Notes: generated by a model from the letters alone, not told the origin. A stretch of DNA of 64,000 nt from Euryarchaeota archaeon UBA130 (GCA_002505775.1 DAVY01000009.1:23356-87355); one strand, 5' to 3'. Shown: positions 27,030 through 36,235, numbered from the stretch's first letter. Numbers and translations are program-made.

Positions 27030-28553
27030 TCATACAATAAGCATCATAATAGGAATAAGTACGATAATCAACATTACCACTGTAGTCATTCCTCCGATAG
27101 ACCCAGCAATCCTCTCAACTCTTAGGGGATTACTCCCTTTCATGATTCTAGATAAAACGGAATGAGCGCCATCTTTGAGCATGTGGCCCCCATCGAAGGG
27201 AATTATTGGAAGGAGATTTAGAAATCCGAGTAGGAAGTTTACCCATATGAGCCAGAAAATAAAGTCAAAAAGATGCAGTAAGTTATCAGTACCCAGTGAG
27301 GATAGTATGAAACCATCATCGATTTCTATCATGCCCCTCTCGTGAAGATCCATTGTCTGTCCATCATATGACATGGGAGTCCCCATTATGGACAACGGAG
27401 TCAACAATAGTGTCAGCGCCTTCTGGCCTAAGGTGTATCTCTCTTCGAAAATGAACGAGAATCTATCTGTCTGATAAGTTCCTGACCTAGGGGAATTGAC
27501 TCCGAGAAAAGCCTCACCCTCTCCAATTCCATAACTTTCCAACAAATCAGCCGTCCGATCCAGACACTCCTGATCATTATCACACAAATTCAGATAATAT
27601 TGGGCTTTATCTCCAAGAGTTACAAGTACATCAGAACTCTCTCCCCAAATCCTTTCTTCGTTATTATATGGAATTATAGTGAAAATAACCTCATCACCAG
27701 CTTCTAGAGAGTCCATTTGTGATGAAAATGAATCATAGTCGGTGACTGCGTTGCCGTCCACATGGGTAATTATATCGTAGGATTTGATACCCGCTTCGTC
27801 CGCACCTCCCTCATCGATAACCGCCAGTGGGTGTACGCCTGGATTTGTAGCAACGAAACCACTGGAAAGAAAGCCAATCACAATCAAGAAAACAAATGTA
27901 GCTACCAAATTAATCGAGGGCCCAGCAGCGAAAAGCCTCATTCTCTCTCTTCTGGGAGCTAATACCATATCCATCTGTTCAGGTTCAGCGAATGCTCCTA
28001 CTGGAATGGGTCCAGCAACTAGAAGTCCGAAGCTCCTAACCTCCATTCCATGTGCTCTGGCCTGTATTCCGTGACTATACTCATGAATAAGCAGGGTGAA
28101 GATGAGTGCCAAGGCAGGCCACCAGAAAGGTACGAAGCTCGTTACTCCGGGGATGAAAAGGATATCCGTAGCAGGTAGTGAGCCTTGTGGAGGAGAATTA
28201 ATCGATGTAACAAAAGCAAGAACCATCAAGGCTACAACTGAGAACATGACCAAGAAGCATAGCCAGATAGAAAACTCCCCATAAATCCTCCAGAATTTCC
28301 TATTCTTCGATATGTATTCTAGGAAAACACGCCCCCTTGTTGTTCTGATCATCAGAATGACGCCAGCTACTCTTTCCAAATTCCATCTCTTTAGGAATCC
28401 TGAGCTCTCGAGATATATTAGCATAGTATACCATAGAGCTAGTCCAATAATCAGCCCTGCTGGAAGTATGTTTGAGTATACCCCGAATGCTAAGACAAAT
28501 ATCCAGAAGAAAGGAAACCCACTGGTCTCTGTGACCTCTCCATCTTCTCCCAT
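27030..28553 (-). CDS. Site-2 protease family (M50) intramembrane metalloprotease with a PDZ-like insert
   Basis: HEYSHG (HExxH) and NLLPIIPFDGGH (the LDG-type motif), in a polytopic protein. Confidence 0.85.
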   Translation of the reverse strand: MGEDGEVTETSGFPFFWIFVLAFGVYSNILPAGLIIGLALWYTMLIYLESSGFLKRWNLERVAGVILMIRTTRGRVFLEYISKNRKFWRIYGEFSIWLCFLVMFSVVALMVLAFVTSINSPPQGSLPATDILFIPGVTSFVPFWWPALALIFTLLIHEYSHGIQARAHGMEVRSFGLLVAGPIPVGAFAEPEQMDMVLAPRRERMRLFAAGPSINLVATFVFLIVIGFLSSGFVATNPGVHPLAVIDEGGADEAGIKSYDIITHVDGNAVTDYDSFSSQMDSLEAGDEVIFTIIPYNNEERIWGESSDVLVTLGDKAQYYLNLCDNDQECLDRTADLLESYGIGEGEAFLGVNSPRSGTYQTDRFSFIFEERYTLGQKALTLLLTPLSIMGTPMSYDGQTMDLHERGMIEIDDGFILSSLGTDNLLHLFDFIFWLIWVNFLLGFLNLLPIIPFDGGHMLKDGAHSVLSRIMKGSNPLRVERIAGSIGGMTTVVMLIIVLIPIMMLIV

Positions 28554-28630
28554 GGATGCGACAGCACTTCCTTCCTATTCAACCTGCGTCCCACAAAAAC
28601 ACACATTACATCATACCTCAACGTGGATCC

Positions 28631-28816
28631 ATGACGGATATGCGGGAGCCTAACCCTTCCTCCAGAAAGCACTTCAGGGATATAGATTCACTTCGTAGAG
28701 AGAGAGATAGCATAATTAGGATTCTAAAGCAGGCAAATCTTGGTGATCTGAAGTCAGAACTAGAGAGATTAAACAAGTCATTTTCTGATTTGGAAAAGGA
28801 TCTCAAAGGAGACTAG
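28631..28816 (+). CDS. Hypothetical small coiled-coil protein (61 aa)
   Basis: This is the only sizeable ORF in an otherwise empty 268-bp gap. Its charged heptad-like sequence is RRERDSIIRILKQANLGDLKSELERLNKSFSDLEKDLK. I recognise no homology. Confidence 0.35.
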   Translation: MTDMREPNPSSRKHFRDIDSLRRERDSIIRILKQANLGDLKSELERLNKSFSDLEKDLKGD

Positions 28817-28821
28817 TTCGA

Positions 28822-29406
28822 TTAAGATGCGATGTAGGAAGAAATCATTTCGCTCTGATTTACTTCCAAAGACCCAACCGCACTATCGGATTTACAAATA
28901 AGTGAAAGGAATTTATGCAGTGGCATTCCCTGCTCCCAGTCTAAGAATTCCTTACCGTTCCTAGTCAGTGGAAGGGAGGGAATACTTCTGGATAGGTGAC
29001 GAAGCTTTCCACTCAGTCCAGAAACCTCTACTTTCATTATTCTCCAACTATCCCCCCTAACTCCCTTTAGTCTGTATGCATAGAGTGGAAGCAGACCACA
29101 CCTCTCTCCCATATCTTTGAGAGATTTTAATTGGTCATATGTTCTTCCCGAAAGATAAAGTCGAGGTTTTTTTGACGATTTTACTTCTATTGGGAAGCAT
29201 ATATCACCCCTTAGCGCCAGTAAATCTCCCGTTCCTTCTGAACCACTGCCCGGGGCTCTCACTACGAGAAACGGCCTGTTAGTAACCCTCATTGCAAGGG
29301 ATCTCTCTGCTTCCGAGCATGATCTCGTAACAGCCCTTACTCCGTTTATTTCTCCGGCTAAGACCGACCTAAGCTCCCTTTCATACTGGCTTCCAATACT
29401 GCCCAT
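28822..29406 (-). CDS. hjc: Holliday-junction resolvase Hjc-family nuclease, long form
   Basis: It carries the archaeal Hjc catalytic pattern YERELRSVL ... VVRAPGSGS ... GDLLAL ... IEVKSSKK. It also has a ~30-aa insertion and a ~60-aa C-terminal extension. Confidence 0.7.
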   Translation of the reverse strand: MGSIGSQYERELRSVLAGEINGVRAVTRSCSEAERSLAMRVTNRPFLVVRAPGSGSEGTGDLLALRGDICFPIEVKSSKKPRLYLSGRTYDQLKSLKDMGERCGLLPLYAYRLKGVRGDSWRIMKVEVSGLSGKLRHLSRSIPSLPLTRNGKEFLDWEQGMPLHKFLSLICKSDSAVGSLEVNQSEMISSYIAS

Positions 29407-29450
29407 GCCCCTATAGTATTCTCAGGGTTAATGAGAACATTGGTCGTTCA

Positions 29451-30092
29451 TCACTGAATTTTGCCTTTTCTGAAATCTCTCGTCCTGTCCACTCCGGGAA
29501 ACTGGTCCTCGCTTTCCCGGTATACAGTTTTCATATTGTTCAAGAAATTAACCTCATCAGTAACAATGAGGACCATGTCAACCCCAGGGTCCTCTTCCCC
29601 ATCCATCCAGTCGAGTATGATTTCCATTGTCATCCGCGCCCCCTCTCTGTGGGGATAAGCAAAAACGTCCATCCCTAGAGGGGGTGTAACTACCGTTTTC
29701 CGGGGCACAATCTTCGAAATTTCGTCAAACATTGCATTGTAAGAATTCACTAGAAGCTCTCTCCTGAAGTTATCCTGATTAGGCCTCCTGCAATCTGGTG
29801 CAACAACATGAACTAAATTCTCTGCGGGAAGATTGTAGCCAGAGGTACTTACAGCTTCCCCTACTCCGCATGGTTGCTTGCCTTCTTTCCTTCTCTCTAC
29901 AGCAATTTCCGTACACCTTGCCCTCAATTCGTCACCAGCCGCTAATTGCATCCTTTCATCCAAACCCTCTCGTCCAGCAAGTCTATTATTTGCGGGAATT
30001 ACCATAATATCCCCATCAACTCTGATGATGTTACCAAACTGCACCCTGACCTGTCCATGACGGCATTCCCTCACAATTATTGTCTCCGCCAT
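29451..30092 (-). CDS. Macro-domain protein (ADP-ribose binding/hydrolase family)
   Basis: Macro motifs: VIPANNRLAGREGLDERMQLAAG, GEAVSTSGYNLPAENLVHVVAP, PPLGMDVFAYP. I chose ATG 30092 as the start. Confidence 0.7.
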   Translation of the reverse strand: MAETIIVRECRHGQVRVQFGNIIRVDGDIMVIPANNRLAGREGLDERMQLAAGDELRARCTEIAVERRKEGKQPCGVGEAVSTSGYNLPAENLVHVVAPDCRRPNQDNFRRELLVNSYNAMFDEISKIVPRKTVVTPPLGMDVFAYPHREGARMTMEIILDWMDGEEDPGVDMVLIVTDEVNFLNNMKTVYRESEDQFPGVDRTRDFRKGKIQ

Positions 30093-30168
30093 AACATGAC
30101 AAGGACGGTCATATGATAAGTAACCATCGACAAGATACAGAACCATCAATCGATGCATTCATTCGTCA

Positions 30169-30420
30169 ATGCCCTCTACCAACGTTATGTCCGCCGGCTA
30201 TGTGCTAGTCAACGTTGAACCGGGGAGCGAGTCAGAAGTTCACAAAATAGCTCTGACACTAGACTGCGTCACAGATGCAAACATGCTCTTTGGAGACTAT
30301 GACCTAATTGTAAAGATTGAAGCTGATAGTATGGGCGAGATAGCTCGCCATGTGGTAGAATCGATTCGTGCGATTCCTGGTGTCGCAAATACCAAGACTC
30401 TTGCATGTGCAGAAATGTGA
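30169..30420 (+). CDS. Stand-alone Lrp/AsnC ligand-binding (RAM) domain protein
   Basis: It is 83 aa, and GYVLVNVEPGSESEVHKIAL...GDYDLIVKIEADSMGEIARHVVESIRAIPGV fits the RAM fold pattern. There is no HTH domain. Confidence 0.75.
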   Translation: MPSTNVMSAGYVLVNVEPGSESEVHKIALTLDCVTDANMLFGDYDLIVKIEADSMGEIARHVVESIRAIPGVANTKTLACAEM

Positions 30421-30490
30421 GCTCGGATATCCCAAAAACATTCAAATGAGCCCCAGTAAGGCTTTTTTTACCCAATAACTTCATTATCCC

Positions 30491-30515
30491 GATAAATTAG
30501 CATCCATGCGGAGGT
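30491..30515 (+). promoter_or_regulatory. Candidate TATA-like element and Shine-Dalgarno sequence upstream of the MC1 gene
   Basis: GATAAATTA at 30491-30499. GGAGGT at 30510-30515 lies 9 nt upstream of ATG 30525, which favours that start over ATG 30516. Confidence 0.35.
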
Positions 30516-30524
30516 ATGCTGAAA

Positions 30525-30788
30525 ATGTCAGGAAAGAAGTACTTCGTATTGATGGAGAATGGAGAGGACACCAGCCAGGTGTTTGTGAACAGTCAGCCCA
30601 GAGGGGCCGCACTAAAGGCAGCTCGAAGAGGGCACACAAACATCGATTTGAGAGAAAGGGGCACAAATAGAGTGCACTGCTTCGAAGGTTGGAGAACTCT
30701 AGAGTCCAAAGGCGCAAGCAGTCCGGCTTACCTTCCGGATAAGATCTGGAAGGCTAACGTTAAGAAAACCGGAATCAAGCGCTTATAG
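30525..30788 (+). CDS. Archaeal chromosomal (chromatin) protein MC1
   Basis: It aligns closely with my recollection of Methanosarcina MC1: FVL..NGE...VF...QPRGAALKAARRG, LRERGTNRVHCFEGW, P.KIWKANVKKTGIKRL. Confidence 0.85.
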   Translation: MSGKKYFVLMENGEDTSQVFVNSQPRGAALKAARRGHTNIDLRERGTNRVHCFEGWRTLESKGASSPAYLPDKIWKANVKKTGIKRL

Positions 30789-30835
30789 GTCATAAAACGA
30801 GATAAACTGAAAAATTTACCAAGCCTAGAGTTAGT

Positions 30836-31603
30836 CTAGCGTCTTAGCCCGATTTTTCGTCCAATCATGGCGATAGGATCGTAGAATTCAGTAACGACCC
30901 TCTCTTTCAGTGGAATTATTGCGTTTTCCCTGATGTCAATCCCTGCGGGGCATACACTACTACAACAACCTGTAATGTTGCAGTAGTCGATTCCGAAGTC
31001 CTCCTTGATTTCAGGTATCCTACTTTTTTGATCCAAGGGGTGCATCTCAAGACTTGCTAATCTGACAAAAAATCTAGGTCCTGCAAACTCATCAAACTTC
31101 TGATGCTCTCTCATAACGTGGCAAGTATTTACGCAAAGCATACACTCTATACATGACCTAAATTCCTGAATTCTGTCGGCTTCATGCTGGTAGTATTCCC
31201 AATCTACCTCTCCCGGTCCACTAATTGGCTCGATCCTTCTATCAGTCTCATAGGCCCAGGACGTGTCGCTAACTAGATCCCTGACCAACGGGAATGTCTG
31301 CATAGGTCTGATGACCACCGATTCTCCTTCAGGGGTCTCATCAAGAATATCGTCCATTCTTGTCATACACATCAATCTGGACTTCCCATTCACTTCAGCA
31401 CTACAAGAACCACATTTTCCTGCCTTGCAGTTCCATCTACAAGCTAGATCAGGAGCAAACTCTGCTTGGATAGCGTGTATAGCATCCAGTACAACCATTC
31501 CTTCATCTAGGTCTATTGTGTAGTCGACCATTTTTCCAAATGGATCTCCATCTTGATCCGGCTCTCCTCGGAATACACTGAATGTAACTGTCTGCAAAAT
31601 CAA
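30836..31603 (-). CDS. sdhB: Succinate dehydrogenase/fumarate reductase iron-sulfur subunit
   Basis: Three Cys clusters: CRWNCKAGKCGSCSAEVNG, CIECMLCVNTC, CNITGCCSSVCP. The TTG start overlaps the sdhA stop, and GAGGAGGA lies upstream. Confidence 0.88.
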   Translation of the reverse strand: MILQTVTFSVFRGEPDQDGDPFGKMVDYTIDLDEGMVVLDAIHAIQAEFAPDLACRWNCKAGKCGSCSAEVNGKSRLMCMTRMDDILDETPEGESVVIRPMQTFPLVRDLVSDTSWAYETDRRIEPISGPGEVDWEYYQHEADRIQEFRSCIECMLCVNTCHVMREHQKFDEFAGPRFFVRLASLEMHPLDQKSRIPEIKEDFGIDYCNITGCCSSVCPAGIDIRENAIIPLKERVVTEFYDPIAMIGRKIGLRR

Positions 31604-33432
31604 TCCTCCTCTTGCAAATCTTCAGAATCTAGTAAATCTCTCAAATCAGCCGGGATGGGCGGGTATGACTCAAATCTTATTTCCATCTCACCGTCTTCGT
31701 TCATGAAGATAACACTGTTGATTTTGCCCCAATGTGCGTGATCAGGCTTAGGGAAGTCATCTCTTGTATGTCCCCCCCTGCTTTCCTCCCTGTTCAGTGC
31801 GGCTAGGGTGCACATCCTACTTACGTCAATCATCGCTTTAATCTCTAGTGATTGGTGCCAACCCGGATTGTATGATTTACCACTACCGCCGAATACATTG
31901 CCTGCTCTGTGCTCAAGATCGTCCAGGTCAGTCAAAGCATCCACTAGCTGTGATTTTGTTCTAATAATGCCCACCTTATTCTGCATCATCTGCCTTAGAT
32001 CAGAAACCACTGAGGCGGGATTCTCTCCCTCAGTCCTCCGAAGAGGAGCCAGAGTTTCCTCGATCACTTCTTCGATTTCAGAATCTGATATTTCTTCGAA
32101 TTCTGCTATTTCCTTGGATAATTTTGCGGCATGCTCTCCGGCTATCTTACCAAAAACGATCAAATCAGATAGCGAATTTCCACCTAGGCGATTTGCTCCG
32201 TGAAGTCCTGTTGATGCCTCTCCTGCGGCGAAAAGTCCCTTGATACATGTCTCCTGAGTCTCGTGGTTCACTTTGACGCCACCCATGACATAATGAGCAG
32301 TAGGACCTACTTCCATCGGCTCTTTTGTTATGTCAACTGCTGCGAGCTCTTTGAACTGATGATACATTCCTGGAAGCTTCTTCTTGACTTCCTCCTCATC
32401 TCTCCAAGAGATGTCTAGATATGCCCCCCCATGTTCAGAAGCTCTTCCGGCATCCCTTTCGCTGTTAATTGCTTTAGCAACGACATCTCTAGTTAGTAGC
32501 TCTGGAGGCCTTCTTTTTGTGGCTAGCTTGCCAGAAACTACCTCGTCAACCCATTCTAGAGCCTCCTTCTCAGTGTCTGCAAACTCATCCTTGTACATCT
32601 CAGGCACATATTGGAACATGAAACGTTCACCCTTTGAGTTCCTCAACATTCCTCCTTCTCCCCTTACTCCTTCAGTCACTAGTATGCCCTTGACAGATTT
32701 CGGCCAAATCATCCCAGTAGGGTGGAACTGGATAAATTCCATATCGCCCATTTCAGCTCCAGCCCAGTAGGCCAGAGCGAAGCCTTCGCCGGTATACTCC
32801 CATGATCCTGAACATACTTCCCAACATCTGGTAGCGCCTCCCGTTGCGAGAACAATGGACTTGGCCTTGAATACGTGGAAGGAACCATCGTTCCTACTAT
32901 ATGAGAAACAGCCAGTTACTCGACCATCTTTCTTGAATAGCTTCCTAACGGTGAATTCCATGAAAACATCCATTCCCGTGTGTATTCCTTTCTGCTGTAA
33001 GGTTCTAATCAGCTCAAGCCCTGTCGCATCCCCGATATGGGCCAGTCTTGGATATGTGTGGCCCCCAAAATTTCTCTGGCTGGTTAGTCCCTTGGGGGTC
33101 CTGTCGAACACTGCTCCCCACTGCTCCAACTCCCTGATACGATCCGGAGCTTGTTGGGCATGAATTTTAGCCATCCTCCAGTCATTGAGATACTTCCCCC
33201 CCTTCATGGTATCACGGAAGTGAGTCTTCCAGGAATCACGCTCATCCTTGTTTGCCAAAGCGGCAGCCGCACCGCCCTCTGCCATTACTGTGTGAGCCTT
33301 TCCAAGCATAGATTTGGAAATTATTGCAACTGTGGCACCTGATGAACTAGCTTCAATGGCAGCTCTCAGGCCTGCACCACCTGCACCGATTACCAGCACA
33401 TCATACTCGTGAACAGAGTAATCTTCTCCCAT
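31600..33432 (-). CDS. sdhA: Succinate dehydrogenase/fumarate reductase flavoprotein subunit
   Basis: FAD-binding YDVLVIGAGGAGLRAA, FIQFHPTGM, and RGGHTRDDFP. ATG 33432 lies 1 nt downstream of the preceding gene's stop. Confidence 0.92.
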   Translation of the reverse strand: MGEDYSVHEYDVLVIGAGGAGLRAAIEASSSGATVAIISKSMLGKAHTVMAEGGAAAALANKDERDSWKTHFRDTMKGGKYLNDWRMAKIHAQQAPDRIRELEQWGAVFDRTPKGLTSQRNFGGHTYPRLAHIGDATGLELIRTLQQKGIHTGMDVFMEFTVRKLFKKDGRVTGCFSYSRNDGSFHVFKAKSIVLATGGATRCWEVCSGSWEYTGEGFALAYWAGAEMGDMEFIQFHPTGMIWPKSVKGILVTEGVRGEGGMLRNSKGERFMFQYVPEMYKDEFADTEKEALEWVDEVVSGKLATKRRPPELLTRDVVAKAINSERDAGRASEHGGAYLDISWRDEEEVKKKLPGMYHQFKELAAVDITKEPMEVGPTAHYVMGGVKVNHETQETCIKGLFAAGEASTGLHGANRLGGNSLSDLIVFGKIAGEHAAKLSKEIAEFEEISDSEIEEVIEETLAPLRRTEGENPASVVSDLRQMMQNKVGIIRTKSQLVDALTDLDDLEHRAGNVFGGSGKSYNPGWHQSLEIKAMIDVSRMCTLAALNREESRGGHTRDDFPKPDHAHWGKINSVIFMNEDGEMEIRFESYPPIPADLRDLLDSEDLQEED

Positions 33433-33433
33433 G

Positions 33434-34258
33434 CTACCACTCCAAAAGTATCTGATCACCGATGATGTTCTCAGATACTGCCCACACAAACAAGTCACCT
33501 AAGAAAACCATCGCCAAGCTAGTCCAAAACCAAAACGAGTGATGAACATTGACTCTGCTGATTGACCTGTAAAGTGAACCGAATACTCCAGAGACCCCAC
33601 CTCTCCATCTATCCATTCCTCCTCCGAAAATGTGCCTGAATGCGTGACAGGATGACACGTACATGAATAGGAGGAAAGACTCAATTCCCAGAATTAACGT
33701 ACCGATAGAGACTCCCCTAGAGCCCCCTCCAAGATCAGTCGTCAGTACCACATCGTAGAATTTTATCGACAAAATAATTATTGCCAAGTAAAGCATGTAT
33801 CTGTGAATATTGTTCAGTATGAAAAGCCCCCTTTCACCCTTGTAACCAACAGAATAATTCAACTCAGGTTTCGCTATCATACAACCTGTTGGATTTTGGA
33901 AGAAGGTTCTATGGTATACCCTCCTCATGTAATAGCAAGTACCTCGGAAACCGAATGGTATCCAAAGAATCAACATCGCAGAATTCATCCATCCAGGGTG
34001 ATTAGTAATGTGTAACATGTGTAGTACATCAGGGGAAAATATTGGTGAAGTGACTCTGTGATCATCATAATGTATGCCACCGTCCCAAACCAGAACTCTT
34101 AGAGCAGTATAGACCAATGCCAAGGCCAATGCCGTTGCCATCCAGATAGGTTCAGTCCACCAGTTGTCTATCCTCTGAGTCCTCCCAAAACCCCTCCTCA
34201 AAGGAAGCTTGACATTGATGCCAAGCGAGCTTAGGTGTTCTCTGTCCCAGTTGGCCAT
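33434..34258 (-). CDS. Putative succinate dehydrogenase membrane anchor/cytochrome b subunit
   Basis: It is the first gene of the sdh operon and abuts sdhA. It has 5-6 TM segments with several intramembrane His residues. The assignment is mainly by context. Confidence 0.5.
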   Translation of the reverse strand: MANWDREHLSSLGINVKLPLRRGFGRTQRIDNWWTEPIWMATALALALVYTALRVLVWDGGIHYDDHRVTSPIFSPDVLHMLHITNHPGWMNSAMLILWIPFGFRGTCYYMRRVYHRTFFQNPTGCMIAKPELNYSVGYKGERGLFILNNIHRYMLYLAIIILSIKFYDVVLTTDLGGGSRGVSIGTLILGIESFLLFMYVSSCHAFRHIFGGGMDRWRGGVSGVFGSLYRSISRVNVHHSFWFWTSLAMVFLGDLFVWAVSENIIGDQILLEW

Positions 34259-34330
34259 GACAATTCTGTACCTAGGGTATGGACGGGCCCCTTAAGCAAT
34301 TGCTTCTGAACAACTCTTTTCCAGCTAAGA

Positions 34331-34468
34331 TTGAAATCAAGAAACCCACCTCCTTCGTCTGTGCGTGAACACGGCCTGGAGTCTTCAGTTTGCTGGAAGT
34401 GTGGGTACATGCCAGGGGCATGGCTCCCGGGCCTCCCATGTCCAGATTGTGGGGAGATGTTCATCTAA
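34331..34468 (+). CDS. Candidate zinc-ribbon micro-protein (35-45 aa, CxxCG...CPxCG)
   Basis: My own translation of the 206-bp gap gives ...VREHGLESSVCWKCGYMPGAWLPGLPCPDCGEMFI*. There is no ATG start, only TTG 34331 or GTG 34361, and no clear SD. The ORF is below the ORF-track cut-off. Confidence 0.35.
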   Translation: MKSRNPPPSSVREHGLESSVCWKCGYMPGAWLPGLPCPDCGEMFI

Positions 34469-36093
34469 GCTAGACCGGAGTAATCGGCCTCTGCCTCTTC
34501 CATCTCTATTTCTTCAACATCCATCTGTGCCAGCTGCAGTTTTCCGGACAGCTCGTCATTAACCGCATGCCAATAAGAGTAAGATTCCAAAACCCATATT
34601 CCTGACTCACGACTTCCATTTCCACTCTCTTTGACACCTCCGAATGGCAGATGTGCTTCGGCACCAGTCGTCGAGTTATTTATGCCAGTCATTCCTGCTT
34701 TGATTCCTGTTTTGAATCTAAAGGCCTCGAGTCTATCATTTGTATAGCAAGCACTTGAAAGGCCAAAAGGAGAAGCATTAGCTAGACGCAATGCGTCATC
34801 GAAATCCTTGGCCTTTACTACTGTGACCACGGGACCGAAAATCTCCTCATGGAAGCACCTCATGTCTTCGTTGACCCCTTCGTAAACGTGAGGCCACATG
34901 TACACTCCATCATTCGCGTCCCCTACAAAACCATCCGGATGACTGTCCTTTGTGATCCTCCCTGATCCCCAAAGTTTGGTGGCACCATCCGATTCACATA
35001 TTTCTAATCCCTTAAGGAAGTCATCTCCATATTTCTCTGAGAGCATTGAGCCATAGAGAACCCCATCGTGACGCATTGAGTCGCCAATTCTAGTTTCTGA
35101 GACCTTCTTCATGAATTTTGACATGAATTCTTCATATATGCTCTCATGGAGAATTAAATTTCCTAGACTAGTACATCGCTGTCCCGCGGTTCCAAATCCA
35201 GCCCAATATGCCCCTTCAACAGCGTTATCTATGTTGGCTGAAGGCATTACGACAAGAGGGTTCTTACCTCCCAGCTCTAGTGAGGCACTGACCAGATTCC
35301 TTCCACAGGCCTCTCCGATCATCTTGCCCACAGGGGTACTACCGGTGAATGAAATCTTGTCCACCAATCCAAGATCCGTTGCATCAACTAAATGTTGACC
35401 AGCTCCACTACCCTTCCCATGTACAAGATTGATGACCCCATCGGGAAGGCCCGCTTCGTGCATTATTCTTGCTAGAGCGAAAGACAGAAGAGGAGAGTCT
35501 TGCGGTGATTTCCAAACGCAAGTATTCCCACACATTATCGCAGGGATCATCTTCCAGAAAGGGACCGCCGATGGAAAATTACAGGCATTTATTATTCCAC
35601 AAACACCTAATGGCCGTCTGTAAGTGAAAAGCTCTTTGTCCGGGAGCTCTGAATTGACTGTCTGTCCATACAATCTTCTACCCTCTGATTGGAAGAATAG
35701 ACACGTGTCTATTGCCTCTTGAATTTCTCCTCCACATTCCTTCATGGTTTTCCCGATCTCACGAGCCTGTAATCGGACTAAGTCATCCTTTCTCTCCATC
35801 AATAGTCTGCCCATGTTCCCAATTACTTGACCACGTGTTGGTGCCGGGGTAGCAGCCCAGGAGGGAAATGCGGACCTTGCGGCCCGTAATGCGTCATGTA
35901 CGTCTTCCTTGGTGGAAAGAGGAAACTCCCCAACTGTATCTTCTAGCCATGCTGGATTCCTGCTAAGGAATGTACTTCCATCACTTGATTGTGATAGTTT
36001 TCCTGCAATTATGTTGTATCCCCTTATTGCAGGGCTACCATTAGGATTCTCAACTTCCATCTCTTCAAAACCTGCCTCCAGCACATGAGTCAT
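34465..36093 (-). CDS. NAD(P)-dependent aldehyde dehydrogenase family protein
   Basis: ALDH motifs FTGSTPVGKMI, ELGGKNP, GQRCTS and EEIFGPV. It is 542 aa with an acidic C-terminal tail. Confidence 0.85.
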   Translation of the reverse strand: MTHVLEAGFEEMEVENPNGSPAIRGYNIIAGKLSQSSDGSTFLSRNPAWLEDTVGEFPLSTKEDVHDALRAARSAFPSWAATPAPTRGQVIGNMGRLLMERKDDLVRLQAREIGKTMKECGGEIQEAIDTCLFFQSEGRRLYGQTVNSELPDKELFTYRRPLGVCGIINACNFPSAVPFWKMIPAIMCGNTCVWKSPQDSPLLSFALARIMHEAGLPDGVINLVHGKGSGAGQHLVDATDLGLVDKISFTGSTPVGKMIGEACGRNLVSASLELGGKNPLVVMPSANIDNAVEGAYWAGFGTAGQRCTSLGNLILHESIYEEFMSKFMKKVSETRIGDSMRHDGVLYGSMLSEKYGDDFLKGLEICESDGATKLWGSGRITKDSHPDGFVGDANDGVYMWPHVYEGVNEDMRCFHEEIFGPVVTVVKAKDFDDALRLANASPFGLSSACYTNDRLEAFRFKTGIKAGMTGINNSTTGAEAHLPFGGVKESGNGSRESGIWVLESYSYWHAVNDELSGKLQLAQMDVEEIEMEEAEADYSGLA

Positions 36094-36235
36094 GTGTTAA
36101 CCGAATCACACACTAGACATAATGCTACTTATCGAGACCCTTAGTTCTGATAACCAATCGCAATTTTTGACATCAATCCATTGGTGGGTTTAACTATGTC
36201 CTCCGTTGAGAAGTACTTGCTAGGGGCCCGTGCAC

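Noticed and set aside
34231-34464. A 77-aa minus-strand ORF in the sdh/aldehyde dehydrogenase spacer.
   Set aside because: It overlaps the start of the sdh membrane subunit and has a featureless Gly/Pro/Ser composition. The plus-strand zinc-ribbon frame in the same spacer is the more credible reading.
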